Of a stretch of 64,000 nucleotides of DNA, positions 10,788 to 21,124 are shown one piece after another. Numbering within the stretch: the stretch's first letter is position 1; every line of letters begins with the position of its first letter. Location of the stretch: NCBI GenBank assembly GCA_963781885.1, contig CAWAHW010000004.1:744800-808799 (forward strand). Reading direction: 5' to 3'. This DNA is from an uncultured Spirochaetota bacterium. Lineage in GTDB: Bacteria > Spirochaetota > Spirochaetia > SZUA-6 > Fen-1364. Both the position numbers and the translations under genes were made by a program. The notes under the pieces are model-generated. The model saw only the letters and a list, made by a program, of their open reading frames with translations. It had not been told where the DNA came from and did no database searches.

Positions 10788-10874
10788 CAAAGGCTTTAGT
10801 CTCGGTGTTTTTTTGTTGCACAATATAAAGCAGATGTATATAATTCGCAAACAAGGCACCTGAATAGGTCTGGA

Positions 10875-13005
10875 ATGCAAAGCAACATCCGCAAAAAGCC
10901 GAAGCCCAACTCAAATGTGAACCAGACCTTCGCTGTCTTTCATAAGGCCATTCCCTTGGCGCTCATCTTTGCAGGCCTTTGGGTCTCCACTCAGGCCTTC
11001 GCTGGAATGTGCAACTATTCATCCGTCCTTGGCCCTTGCTGGTTTCGCTACGGTCCTACGCCTGTCTATCGCCCGTGGATGCTGCTCGCCTGGGCCTACA
11101 AGTTCGCAAGCTGGAAGCCGGTGCATGAATACCTCTACCAGGCCAGCCTTTACCTTCTGGTCTTCTCAGCAATAGCGCTGGTGACCTATTTGGTCTTGAG
11201 CTTCTTTCGCGGCCTCAGTTCCAATACCGACAACCTCTACGGTACGGCCCGTTGGGCAACCGTTCGCGACCTGCGCCGTAACGGCCTACTCTTCGGCAAG
11301 GGCGTAATTTGCGGCCAGACCGCCAAAGCCGTTCTTCGGGCTGACGCCAAGACCGGCACCACGAAGTATCGCCTCCATCGTTCTGCCAGGATTATCAGCC
11401 ATGCAGGTGAGACCTCCACTCTCATGGTCGCCCCAAGCAGATCAGGCAAAGGCGTGAGCACGGTGATCCCCTCCCTTCTCTCATGGCCAGGCAGCGTCAT
11501 CGTTTTTGATCCAAAAGCTGAAAACTGGCACATTACCGCGGGGTTCCGCCGCGCCTTCTCTCACACCCTCCGCTTCAGCCCCGTGCTCAAGGATTCAGTG
11601 CACTTCAACATCCTCTCCGAGGTAAGGCCTGGTGAGAACGCGGTTCGCGATGCTGAGATCATCGCCGACATCCTCACCGCTCCCCAGGATGAAAGTGCGG
11701 CCAAGGGTGAGAACCAACAGCACTTCATCGACACGGCGAAGAACCTGCTCACGGGTGCGATATTGCACGTGCTTGCCTCACCTGAAATCAGGAACAAAAC
11801 ACTCGGCGGGGTGCTGGATTTTCTCTCATCCTCTGCTTTGAATGCCGATGGCAAAGAGGACTTCGGTGCCGGCATCTGCAAACAAATGATATTCGGCGAA
11901 CACCTTGGTGATTTGCACGCCGTTATCCAGAGCATCGGCAATCAACAGCTTGCGCGGGCGGATCGCGAGCGCTCGAGCGTTTTTTCTACCGCGGTCCGAG
12001 CAGTTCAGACCTTCAAGGATCCTCTCATCCGCAGAAACACATCGGAGAGCGATTTCACTCTCGAGGACTTCGCAAATTCAGCAAGCCCCATCTCATTGTA
12101 CCTGACCGTGCCCTATTCGGACATCGACCGCCTTTCCTCACTTCTGAGGCTACTCATATCCTTTATCATTCGACGTTTCGCAGAAGGTGAAACGCGCTAC
12201 GGCGAAGTGAAGCTAAAGAATCGTATTCTTTTCCTTCTGGATGAGTTTCCCATTCTTGGCAGCTTTCCCTTCCTGGAAAAGACCATGGGATTGCTCACCG
12301 GCTATGGAATGTCTTTTCTTATCATCTGCCAAAGCCTCCAGCAGATCATCAAGCTTTACGGGCCGAACAACTCTTTCCTGGAGCACTGCAAGACTTGGAT
12401 CACCTATGCGCCTGGGGACCTCAATAGCGCCAAAACCTTTTCCGAGGTGACCGGCAAGGAGTCGATATGGAAGGAGAGCGTTTCAACAAGCGGCAGCAAG
12501 TTTGCCGTTGGCCTATCGCATCTGAACCTAAGCGGCAATGAGGTCGAGCGCAACCTCATCAATCCCGATGAGATCATGCGACTCCCGCCAACAGATCTGC
12601 TCGTTTTCGCACACGGTATGCCACCCTACCGTGGTAAGAAGATCATCTACTACCTTGACTCCCGCTTCAAACGCTTCGTTAACCTCCCTACCCCCGAGAC
12701 GCGAGACGATATCCTCAGCGAGCTTCCACCAGCAACTTCTTCACGTAACGCTTGGAGCAACCTTGCAGACGAGGATTATGCAATCACTGAAACTCTTGAA
12801 GGTGGCGCCAGAGCGTATTCCCCTCAGAATGCAGGAAGGCGCTACTGGTAGCACCACGGGTGCCCTTGAGGTAAGTCCCGAGGTGATGCTGCACCCCGAG
12901 CAGTACTTTCCCCCGGATCCATTTGCAGGGGAAGCCTCCGGCGGTGAGAGTGATCCCGAGCTGGTCGACTCCCCCTTTGGACCGATCCACAGGGGAGAAC
13001 TATGA
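10875..13005 (+). CDS. virD4: type IV coupling protein VirD4/TraG (probable C-terminal frameshift near 12800)
   Basis: N-terminal TM; YGTARWA; APSRSGKGVSTVIP; FDPKAEN; LFLLDEFPILG; tail probably continues in ORF 12538-13005. Confidence 0.92.
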
Positions 13006-13454
13006 AGCGACGTTCTCCTACCACCGTAGTCGGTGTACGAATTGAAGATGGGCTTCTCACGCGAATCGATGATGTCGTTAGGTCGAACGGGAACTACAAA
13101 GATCGATCTCAATTTCTTGGTGCAGCGCTTCGCGAGAAGCTTGTCAAAGATTTTGAAGATTCAGAGCTCCAGGCTATAGCGCTAAAGAAGATATCAAAGG
13201 ACATTCGCGTACTGGATGACAAGCTTTCGACGTTCATGGAACTTTTTGGAGAGTTCATTTTCGCCTTTTTCATGAGCAGCGCTCCCCTCCCCCTGGATGA
13301 CAAGAAGAAGCTCGCAGCCATTGCGATCCCCGCCAAAAATCAGTACGAGGCTTTCATAGAAAACTTCATCGACAAAACCAAGAAATCTTCCATAGGCCTG
13401 CTATCCAGGCTAGCCGCAGACCTGATTGAAGAGCAGAGCGAAAGTCATGGCTGA
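13002..13454 (+). CDS. CopG/RHH DNA-binding protein
   Basis: VVGVRIEDGLLTRIDD...DRSQFLGAALRE; usual position between traG and trbB. Confidence 0.7.
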   Translation: MKRRSPTTVVGVRIEDGLLTRIDDVVRSNGNYKDRSQFLGAALREKLVKDFEDSELQAIALKKISKDIRVLDDKLSTFMELFGEFIFAFFMSSAPLPLDDKKKLAAIAIPAKNQYEAFIENFIDKTKKSSIGLLSRLAADLIEEQSESHG

Positions 13455-14403
13455 GAGTTCTACCCTCTACCGGCGACAACTCGCCAACCTGGACGAAGAC
13501 CTCAAGCCCATCATGGCGGAACTTCTTGATGAGCGCGTGACCGACATCATGGTGAATCCCGGAGGCGAGCTATGGGTAAAAAGGTTCGGCGAGACTACTA
13601 CTTTCAGCGCCAGGATCATCGAGCGAGAAGCAATACTGCGGATCATCATGTCCACCGCCGCCTTGATCGACAAAAAGGTTACCAAAAACGATTGGAACTT
13701 GAGCGGGGTCATACCCAAGTACAACGCAAGGATCGAGGCTTTCATCGAGCCGACCGTCACCTCGCCCACATTCTGCCTGCGCAAGCCTACGCTCCTAACG
13801 CTCTCCCTTGCCGACTATGTCAGGGCTGAAAGACTGAGCCTCGCCCACCAAGCGATCATCGTACAGGCGGTCAAAGACCGCAAAAACGTTCTCATCGGCG
13901 GGGGCACAGGTACCGGGAAGACCACCCTCCTTAACGCCATCATCGGCGAGATAGCCCGCCTGCGCCCCGCGGATCGCCTTTACATAGTAGAGGACACCCC
14001 AGAGATCAACTGCAAGGCCCCCAACTTTGTCTCCCTCGTTGTACCCCCCAATGAGTCGATACGGGCGGTTCGTTCGGCTCTCAGGTATAAGCCCGATCGC
14101 ATCATCTTCGGCGAGCTGCGCTACGGTGAGGTGGCACTTGAATGGCTAAAGGCAAGTGCAACCGGACACCCCGGGGGAATGTGTACCCTCCATGCGGACA
14201 GTGCTCAGCGGATGCTCCCGCGCATGCGAGATCTTCTTCTTGAATGCTTCAGCACCACGGTGCCCTTGAACATCATCTACGAAGCCATAGGCCTGTGCGT
14301 ATACCTGAAAGAGATCCCGGACTTCGGCCCGCGGGTCGTTGAAGTGGCGGAAGTGTTGCCCGGCCTAGATGCCGGGGGCAATTTCCAATATACAACCTAC
14401 TGA
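13447..14403 (+). CDS. trbB: VirB11/TrbB secretion ATPase
   Basis: DIMVNPGGELWV; GGTGTGKTT; VEDTPE; ALRYKPDRIIFGELR; TGHPGGMCTLHA. Confidence 0.92.
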   Translation: MAESSTLYRRQLANLDEDLKPIMAELLDERVTDIMVNPGGELWVKRFGETTTFSARIIEREAILRIIMSTAALIDKKVTKNDWNLSGVIPKYNARIEAFIEPTVTSPTFCLRKPTLLTLSLADYVRAERLSLAHQAIIVQAVKDRKNVLIGGGTGTGKTTLLNAIIGEIARLRPADRLYIVEDTPEINCKAPNFVSLVVPPNESIRAVRSALRYKPDRIIFGELRYGEVALEWLKASATGHPGGMCTLHADSAQRMLPRMRDLLLECFSTTVPLNIIYEAIGLCVYLKEIPDFGPRVVEVAEVLPGLDAGGNFQYTTY

Positions 14404-14417
14404 AGGAGGGGTATCAG

Positions 14418-14735
14418 ATGCCCGAAAAGAGTCTTGTTCGGCGTGTTTTCTCGGTTGGTATCTTCTATTTCCTGGCTGCTGCAGCAACGACCTATGCTGC
14501 GGACATCACCGACTCACTTGGCCTGGGATCGAAGCTTGACGATATCGTCAATATCTTCAAAAGCAAACTGATCCGGGTCATACTGATCGTTGCGGTGGGC
14601 GGCTGCGCCATCGGCCTCATCGTCAACAAGGACAACGAGGCGATGAAGAAGCGTTTCATGATCATAGGCGTTGCTGCAATCATCCTCTTAGGCGTTCAAG
14701 GCCTTGTGGATTTCATCTGGACTCCCAAAGGATAG
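14418..14735 (+). CDS. trbC: TrbC/VirB2 pilin
   Basis: Signal peptide plus two hydrophobic helices; RBS AAGGAGG; position after trbB. Confidence 0.75.
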   Translation: MPEKSLVRRVFSVGIFYFLAAAATTYAADITDSLGLGSKLDDIVNIFKSKLIRVILIVAVGGCAIGLIVNKDNEAMKKRFMIIGVAAIILLGVQGLVDFIWTPKG

Positions 14736-14749
14736 TCCTGCCCCGCCAC

Positions 14750-14802
14750 GGCCTGCCGCTCGCCCCGATTGTGCAGAACAAAGGCGCGGCAGGCCTTCTT
14801 TT
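14750..14802 (+). terminator. hairpin plus U-tract after the pilin gene
   Basis: GGCCTGCCGC...GCGGCAGGCC followed by TTCTTTT (long loop). Confidence 0.4.
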
Positions 14803-14813
14803 GGAGGAAGAAC

Positions 14814-15077
14814 ATGGAAAGCGAGCAAGTTACTGACTACCCCTGGAAGGTGCACCGATCCCTGTTGAGACGGGATCTTGTGGCAGGGGTATCCCGTGTC
14901 ACCTTTGCCATCATCATCTCACTCACCGTCTATATGGTGTTTGGCGTACGGCAATACTGGTTTATAGCCGTTGCAGTGATCCTCTACGTCGTCTTGCGCG
15001 CACTGACCAAGTCTGACGAGTACCTGGTGGAGATCATCCTCGATTCCCTTCTACTTCCAGATGACCTTTACCCATGA
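14814..15077 (+). CDS. trbD: TrbD/VirB3
   Basis: VHRSLLRRDLVAGV; two TMs; TKSDEY motif; RBS GGAGG. Confidence 0.8.
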   Translation: MESEQVTDYPWKVHRSLLRRDLVAGVSRVTFAIIISLTVYMVFGVRQYWFIAVAVILYVVLRALTKSDEYLVEIILDSLLLPDDLYP

Positions 15078-15207
15078 TATGATAGGCGTAGAGCAAGGGC
15101 GGGCAACAAAAGTGTCCTGGGATGGTTCAGCCTGGGCTGTGCATGGGCTGCAAACCCCCTTTTGTTGATCTTTACGCTTACATACGATGCGGTCGATAGG
15201 GTAATCG

Positions 15208-15648
15208 GTGACAAAAGCAGTTGCATTCCTTGATCAGCTTGCAAGAACACGCAAGCTCTTAAGCTTTTCAAAGAACTACAAGCTGTCCTACGTCTATCTA
15301 TGGCAGCTCAAAACTCCAAAGACCGACTCCAAGGGCAAGCCCCTAAAGGATCCTAAGACTGGAAAAGTCGTTTATCGACGTAACCCATCCTTTAAGGTCA
15401 TTAACAGACTGAAAAGCGCTATCCCTACCGAACACTGGTACGAGGAGGCAACTGTTTCAGTTGAGGAGGAGTATGCCTCCCGATCAAAGCGCTCGAGCTC
15501 AAGTGATACCTCGATGAAACATTTGTGGCTCCTGGCCGACGACCCTTTCTGCGGTGTCGTCTCGGCCTACGATTGTGACCCTGAGCTTGCCGTGCATTCC
15601 GGCAGGTTTTCCTCTCCGACTCTGCCCAAGATCATACTTGACTTCTAG
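15208..15648 (+). CDS. basic putative DNA-binding protein (Cro-like), C-terminus uncertain
   Basis: SFSKNYKLSYVYLWQL...RNPSFKVINRL..AIP.EHWY pattern; upstream of parA. Confidence 0.4.
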   Translation: MTKAVAFLDQLARTRKLLSFSKNYKLSYVYLWQLKTPKTDSKGKPLKDPKTGKVVYRRNPSFKVINRLKSAIPTEHWYEEATVSVEEEYASRSKRSSSSDTSMKHLWLLADDPFCGVVSAYDCDPELAVHSGRFSSPTLPKIILDF

Positions 15649-15665
15649 TTCGCCTGGGCTTACAA

Positions 15666-15691
15666 CAATATAAAGCAATTGCTTTATATTG
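15666..15691. promoter_or_regulatory. perfect 26-bp palindrome upstream of parA (operator/centromere-like)
   Basis: CAATATAAAGCAATTGCTTTATATTG abutting RBS GGAGG; half-sites at 10821-10832 and 34709-34720. Confidence 0.65.
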
Positions 15692-15701
15692 GAGGAAGCC
15701 T

Positions 15702-16430
15702 ATGAAAACAATCACCATTGGAACGATCAAGGGTGGAGACGGCAAATCCAGCCTCTGTATCCTCCTCTCCCGCTACCTTGCAAGCATCGGCAAGCGTGTG
15801 CTCACCATCGACCTGGACATCCAAAACTCTACTTCCTACAGCCTTCTGCCTGATGGCGATCCCGACGGACGGCATATCGTACGGGCGATTATCGAAGACA
15901 ATATCGCAAGCCAGACCATCTCACTCGCCCCATGCCACTTCCTCGTTCAGTGCGACTTCAAGCTCACCCAACTGCGAACCATGTCCGCCCAGACCATCAA
16001 GGCATGCCTTTCAAAGGTCAGCGGCGATTACGACTTCTGTCTCATCGATACCCCACCCAACTACGACAACATCGTTATCAGCGGCATGACAGCTTCGAAC
16101 CTCATTATTCTCCCCGTGATGCTCAAGAACTCCTTTTCGATAAAGGCAAGCCGCTTCGTTCGAGAGGCGCTGAGCGTAGATGCACCGCACCTCGCGGAGC
16201 GTCTATTTGTCCTTTACAACTTCTTTGAAGCTGACGGGGTCGGTGAGCAGTACGTGGAGCAGTTCCAGGCTATCCATGGGAATGCGTTTTTCAACACACG
16301 CTTCCCAAAGACTGCCCAGGTCCGCCGCGCCGTGGACTACCACCAGCTACCGACGAACGCGTACAGATTCAATGTGCTCTTCCCCGCCCTTCAGGCCCTA
16401 GCACACGAAGTCATGGAATGGTTTGAGTGA
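15702..16430 (+). CDS. parA: ParA-family ATPase
   Basis: KGGDGKSS deviant Walker A; VLTIDLDIQ; YDFCLIDTPP. Confidence 0.9.
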   Translation: MKTITIGTIKGGDGKSSLCILLSRYLASIGKRVLTIDLDIQNSTSYSLLPDGDPDGRHIVRAIIEDNIASQTISLAPCHFLVQCDFKLTQLRTMSAQTIKACLSKVSGDYDFCLIDTPPNYDNIVISGMTASNLIILPVMLKNSFSIKASRFVREALSVDAPHLAERLFVLYNFFEADGVGEQYVEQFQAIHGNAFFNTRFPKTAQVRRAVDYHQLPTNAYRFNVLFPALQALAHEVMEWFE

Positions 16431-16443
16431 GCGAGGCAGATGC

Positions 16444-17325
16444 ATGCCGCCAAAAGGAAAGCTTCAAATAGGTTCGAACATTGGAATCGACAAAGAGCAG
16501 GCCTACAAAGAGAGAATCTCAGATCTGGAAAAGAGCCAGGTGCATGAGATTCCGCTCGTCCTCATTGATGAAATTGAGAACGTCCGAAGCTGCTACGATG
16601 AAGATGGCATCAAGCAGCTTGCCGCTTCTATCGAAAAGAGAGGACTCCTACAGCCTGTGATCTTGAGCGAAATGGGAACACGCTACGGTATCCAGGCCGG
16701 CCATCGGCGTGTGCTCGCATTCAGGCTTCTGGAGCGCGAAACCATCCCTGCCCTTGTGAGGCCTTCACCTGAAATGCTTGCTGAAATCCAGTTGATTGAA
16801 AACATCCAACGAGAAGATCTCTCACCCGCGGATCTTGAGATTGCGGTCACAGCTCTGGCCGAAAGCAAAGGCTCGCAGGAAGCGGTCGCAGAGCTTCTCA
16901 AGAAGAGCAAGCAGTGGGTAAGCAACGTGATCGCCGCTGCCGATGTTCGTGAGGAACTCAGCCCAATACTTGAGCAGCATGGAGTGAAGGGCTCACTGCC
17001 CTCCGGTCATCTGAGGGACATAGCCGCCCTGCCCAAGAAAGATCGCGTGAAAGCCGCCAAAGAAGCCATGGATAACGGCGGCGGCAAACGTGACTTTCGC
17101 GCGGCCGCGCAGAAGGCAAAGGAAAGGCGAGCACATTCAGCGCCCAATGCAAAGCCTGAGCACATTTTCACCCTGATCCTGACGGCTGAGAGGGCGCCGG
17201 ATGGCTCGGTCACGTTCAAACCAGAGCTCACTGGAGAGGCAAGCCCAGAGGTCAAAGCTCGCTTTGACTCCTTCTGCGAGGAGGTTAAAAGCCTTCTCAT
17301 CGCCAAGAGCACCGCTGCAAGTTGA
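16444..17325 (+). CDS. parB: ParB-family protein
   Basis: LAASIEKRGLLQPVIL; AGHRR; QLIENIQREDL; HTH SQEAVAELLKKSKQWVS. Confidence 0.9.
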   Translation: MPPKGKLQIGSNIGIDKEQAYKERISDLEKSQVHEIPLVLIDEIENVRSCYDEDGIKQLAASIEKRGLLQPVILSEMGTRYGIQAGHRRVLAFRLLERETIPALVRPSPEMLAEIQLIENIQREDLSPADLEIAVTALAESKGSQEAVAELLKKSKQWVSNVIAAADVREELSPILEQHGVKGSLPSGHLRDIAALPKKDRVKAAKEAMDNGGGKRDFRAAAQKAKERRAHSAPNAKPEHIFTLILTAERAPDGSVTFKPELTGEASPEVKARFDSFCEEVKSLLIAKSTAAS

Positions 17326-17391
17326 TTCCCTTCGCGCTCATTCCTCTTGAAGCGGATGCTGACGCAATCTCCTTGAGGTAAGGATGTTCAA

Positions 17392-17529
17392 ATGGCCAAT
17401 CAGTTTTTTCACCGTCCTCGATTCCAGCAGCACTTGCCGGCAATCATTAGAAGACTCATTCTCATCGCCGCAAGTCTCGCAATCGCATACTACGTCCTTT
17501 CGACGCTTTTCACAGGCCTAGCGCAATAG
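17392..17529 (+). CDS. 45-aa small membrane protein (below ORF-track cut-off)
   Basis: AAGGA RBS; MANQFFHRPRFQQHLPAIIRRLILIAASLAIAYYVLSTLFTGLAQ. Confidence 0.45.
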   Translation: MANQFFHRPRFQQHLPAIIRRLILIAASLAIAYYVLSTLFTGLAQ

Positions 17530-17575
17530 CATCGTCGCCCATGAGACGAGTTATCGATCCTACAGTGACAGCTAC

Positions 17576-18019
17576 CTATGGCATGTCTTCACGAGGCTTC
17601 AGCTCCTGCAATAGCGAATACTTTTGAATCGTCAGGAGGTAGAGCTCCTTGACCATGTAGAGGCGAAAGCTTCTGTAGGGAGTGAGCATACCAAGCTGGG
17701 ACCAGAAGGCTTGCGGAATCTGCTCAAGATCTCCTATCTTTTCTCGAAGCTCTCGAATGGCTTTCCTCAACCGGGCCACTTCCGCCCCGCGGACCGAGAG
17801 AAGGATTTTGAAGTCCCCTTCGATGTTTGGCAGGAAATCCTTCTGCCTTCTCTCGCTTCGAAGAACATAGCCTCTACATTCTCCAGGGTAGTAGTAATAG
17901 GCTGGGATGATTCGTCCTTCGGTGAAAACGAAATCCGTTCCCTCAGCTTCATCGCCACATGCGTCGATAAACATGGAAACTGGATCACTCTTGGCAGTTG
18001 GGTGGATTCGTAGCTTCAT
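17576..18019 (-). CDS. hypothetical protein
   Basis: 147-aa ORF, globular composition, divergent from the ardC operon. Confidence 0.55.
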   Translation of the reverse strand: MKLRIHPTAKSDPVSMFIDACGDEAEGTDFVFTEGRIIPAYYYYPGECRGYVLRSERRQKDFLPNIEGDFKILLSVRGAEVARLRKAIRELREKIGDLEQIPQAFWSQLGMLTPYRSFRLYMVKELYLLTIQKYSLLQELKPREDMP

Positions 18020-18157
18020 GGTTTATTATTGCGTTCTGCTTTATTTCAGTGTACAATAGTTTTGGCTTGAATGGCAGCAATGAAATTCTCTAAAGTACGT
18101 TCTGAGGGCACCTTGAGTATCAGATTGCGATTCACTGGCCCGCCGAAAGGAGAGTCT

Positions 18158-18460
18158 ATGAGCTTCACCAAAAAATCGGGCACCGCGGCCCGTTTCACAC
18201 ACCTTGCAGGACAGCAGCTCACCGACGAGCATGGCAAACCTTTTATCAACGACACCATCGATGGTGACACGGGCGCGATACTACGTTTCAAGAACGGTTA
18301 CCTTGACGGAGGAAAACTTCCTGCCATTGAATGCGACGATGCCCACATGGAGTTCTACAAGGACGGACAGTTGCATCGAGAGGATGGCCCCGCTGTGGTA
18401 TCCGACTACGGCAAGGTCAAAGAGTATTGGAAGAATGGCCGCCGCGCCTCAAATCCGTAG
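18158..18460 (+). CDS. MORN-variant (LHREDGPAV) repeat protein
   Basis: RBS AGGAG; EFYKDGQLHREDGPAV..KEYWKNG motif. Confidence 0.6.
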   Translation: MSFTKKSGTAARFTHLAGQQLTDEHGKPFINDTIDGDTGAILRFKNGYLDGGKLPAIECDDAHMEFYKDGQLHREDGPAVVSDYGKVKEYWKNGRRASNP

Positions 18461-18481
18461 CACCTTGAGAGGACAGCCATT

Positions 18482-19303
18482 ATGACGATCAATCATGACG
18501 ATGATGCTTTCACCAGAGATGTCGCCTCCCGGATAAGCCGAATGACCCTTGAAGGGAAGGCGCCCTGGCTCAAGGACCACCCTGCAGGCGCCGCAGAAGT
18601 CGCCTACTACCCCTTCATCGACCCCGCGGCTATCTACACTGGAGTCAACGCCGTTCTTCTTGATCTTGTCGCCGCGGAACGCGGCTTCAAGGATCCCCGC
18701 TGGATTCCCATGGCCATGGCGGAGTCAAACGGACTCGCTCCCAAATACGGTGAAAAGCCGGTTTGCCTTGCGTTCCGCAACAGGTTTGTCGAGGTCACGG
18801 ATACAAATCCCATTAGTGGAACTATTGCATCGGCCCTTTCCGACGGTGCAAAGCGGATCAGCTACTACTATGTCTACAATGCCGAGCAGATTCGGGGCAT
18901 GCCTCCATTACAGAAGGAACGGGATACAACTCTTGTCAAGATGAAGACGCAAAACGCACTCAAAAACACTGGCGCGAAGCGCACCTCAGAGCTGATCCAA
19001 TCCTTTTCCAGCCAATTGCCCAGCCACAATTGCGATGCAAAAGAGACGCTGGCCGCGATTGCAAAGTACCGACTTGCTTGCCAGCTGCGCCTTCCTTACA
19101 AGGCTGAGGTCAACCTTGAAAAGGTGCGTCGTGAAGTTCAGAAAAAAGATCAAGACTCTCTCCTTCGTGCCGCCTACTATGCGGCAAACGATGCCTCCAT
19201 TGCGACCAATCCCGGAAAGGCTTTGGTTGTAGAGCCGCGCAGAACCATTCAGAGGGATCCAGAATTATCGCATCAAAGAAGCTCGCGCGGTATCGAGCGT
19301 TAG
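18482..19303 (+). CDS. ArdC-like protein, N-terminal ssDNA-binding domain only
   Basis: LEGKAPW; YTGVNAVLL; FKDPRW; YYVYNAEQI; no HExxH domain. Confidence 0.7.
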   Translation: MTINHDDDAFTRDVASRISRMTLEGKAPWLKDHPAGAAEVAYYPFIDPAAIYTGVNAVLLDLVAAERGFKDPRWIPMAMAESNGLAPKYGEKPVCLAFRNRFVEVTDTNPISGTIASALSDGAKRISYYYVYNAEQIRGMPPLQKERDTTLVKMKTQNALKNTGAKRTSELIQSFSSQLPSHNCDAKETLAAIAKYRLACQLRLPYKAEVNLEKVRREVQKKDQDSLLRAAYYAANDASIATNPGKALVVEPRRTIQRDPELSHQRSSRGIER

Positions 19304-19330
19304 CCATACACCTTGCTGCAGAGGTAGATC

Positions 19331-20311
19331 ATGACTGCAAGCGATGCAGGAAGCCCTCGACTCTCGTATCCAGAAAAAGTGACCCAGCGTATCATCGAAT
19401 GTCTTCAAAAGGGTACGGCTCCGTGGATACGTCCGTGGGAAGCAGGAAGCGTACCGGACCGTCCCTATAATCCTGTTTCCCAGACCATCTACCGCGGGCT
19501 TAACACTATCTATTTGAGCGTTGCAGCGATAGCGAACGGGTATAACGATCCTCGTTGGATGACCTTTCTGCAATGCAATAATAAGGGTTGGAATGTCCGA
19601 CGAGGCGAGCACGCTGAAACCATTTGCTATTTCTCCCGCACAACGACAAAGACAGAAGAAGATCCTGACACCCACGAGAAAGTGAAGCGCGCCTATCGCC
19701 TGGATCGTCCCATTTTTCGCTACGCCTGCGTGTTCAACGCATGCCAAGTCGAAGGTATTGAGCCGCTTGATCGTGGATCCATAGAGCTGAAATTTGATTC
19801 CCTTCAGAAGGCAGAAGAACTCATACGGTCTCACAATCCTGCCATTATCCATGACCAAAACGACGCATGCTTCTATAGGCCCTCCACCGACTCCATCCAT
19901 CTGACCCCGATGGCTCAATTCAAGTCGCAGGATCTTTACTACGCTACCGTGCTCCACGAGATGGGCCACTGGACAGGACATTCAACCAGGCTTGACCGGG
20001 ACATCTCGAATCTTTATGGCACCCCGGCTTACGCCCGCGAGGAATTGCGTGCCGAGATCGCCTCATACATGCTCTCATCAGATATCGGCATCTCGCACGA
20101 TCCGAGCAACCACGCCAGCTATATCGCTTCATGGATTGAGGTCCTAAACCAAGACAAAACCGAGATCTTCAAAGCTTCCAATGACGCGGAGAAGATACTC
20201 CATTTCATAACAGGCCCGGGTAGGAGCATCGACAATTCGTTGGAGGATACAATCGAGAGCCCTGATCGAGTAGCTATGGAAAGATCGAGTGTTTTTGAAA
20301 TCGGGGCATAA
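19331..20311 (+). CDS. ardC: antirestriction protein ArdC
   Basis: GTAPWIRPW; YRGLN; DPRWMTF; VFNACQ; YYATVLHEMGHWTGH; YAREELRAEIAS. Confidence 0.92.
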   Translation: MTASDAGSPRLSYPEKVTQRIIECLQKGTAPWIRPWEAGSVPDRPYNPVSQTIYRGLNTIYLSVAAIANGYNDPRWMTFLQCNNKGWNVRRGEHAETICYFSRTTTKTEEDPDTHEKVKRAYRLDRPIFRYACVFNACQVEGIEPLDRGSIELKFDSLQKAEELIRSHNPAIIHDQNDACFYRPSTDSIHLTPMAQFKSQDLYYATVLHEMGHWTGHSTRLDRDISNLYGTPAYAREELRAEIASYMLSSDIGISHDPSNHASYIASWIEVLNQDKTEIFKASNDAEKILHFITGPGRSIDNSLEDTIESPDRVAMERSSVFEIGA

Positions 20312-20404
20312 AGCAAAAGGCCGCTTCAGCCTTGACGAGTACCGGCTCTTAGGGCAAGTGCTTGGGTTGGCTCAGGACATTCCAGATTCGGATATGTCCC
20401 ACCA

Positions 20405-21124
20405 TCAAAGCTCCATGCCGCCTCGATCACGATCAGAACGCCTGACGATACTTTCATCGCTCAATTGCTTGCTCAAAATATCAATACTGGGGATTGGAAA
20501 CACCTGAGAAGCCCTGGCGGCCTGGACCCGAAGTTCTTCACGAACCTTGGCTTCAACCTTCGCCAAATCGCCATCTTCATAGAAGGTTAACGCCCGCAGG
20601 CACTCTGCCGGAGCGAATGCAGAACCATACATTGCCCTCGCCGCTCCAAGCCCTTGACTCAAGCTCGATCCGCCACGCAAGAGTTCGGCGATGTCGATGT
20701 AGTCCTTGGCCTCTGCTCGCTGCATGATTACTTTGAGTTTCGTCGCCAGGAGATCAAGCGGCGATGCGACCAAGAGAATGCCATCACTGGTCTGGCTTGG
20801 GGCACCAACCCGCCCCATACCCAAGTCGCCAAAGAATGACAGCTTCACGTTGCCAGGTTCGGTAAACAGGGAGAGGGAGTTCTTCTCATCCTGAACGACA
20901 TGAAAAGCAATGCCGGATTTTTGCAGCTCATGATGGATAAGAGTTTGATTCAATTGCCTGTCTGTGAAAAAGTCGAAATCGATCGATGCGCGATGTCCAC
21001 ACCACAGGGCGACAGCGGTGCCGCCGTACAGAACGAGGCCGTTGGTTTTCGTCCACGCCAAGGCAGGCCAGATCTGTTTTTGGGTTTCAGGCAGTATTTC
21101 CGAATGCTCTTTGAATGAGGTCAT
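20405..21124 (-). CDS. AbiEii/AbiGii-family nucleotidyltransferase toxin
   Basis: LYGGTAVALWCGHRASIDFDFF; KLKVIMQRAEAKDYIDI. Confidence 0.88.
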   Translation of the reverse strand: MTSFKEHSEILPETQKQIWPALAWTKTNGLVLYGGTAVALWCGHRASIDFDFFTDRQLNQTLIHHELQKSGIAFHVVQDEKNSLSLFTEPGNVKLSFFGDLGMGRVGAPSQTSDGILLVASPLDLLATKLKVIMQRAEAKDYIDIAELLRGGSSLSQGLGAARAMYGSAFAPAECLRALTFYEDGDLAKVEAKVREELRVQAARASQVFPIPSIDILSKQLSDESIVRRSDRDRGGMEL

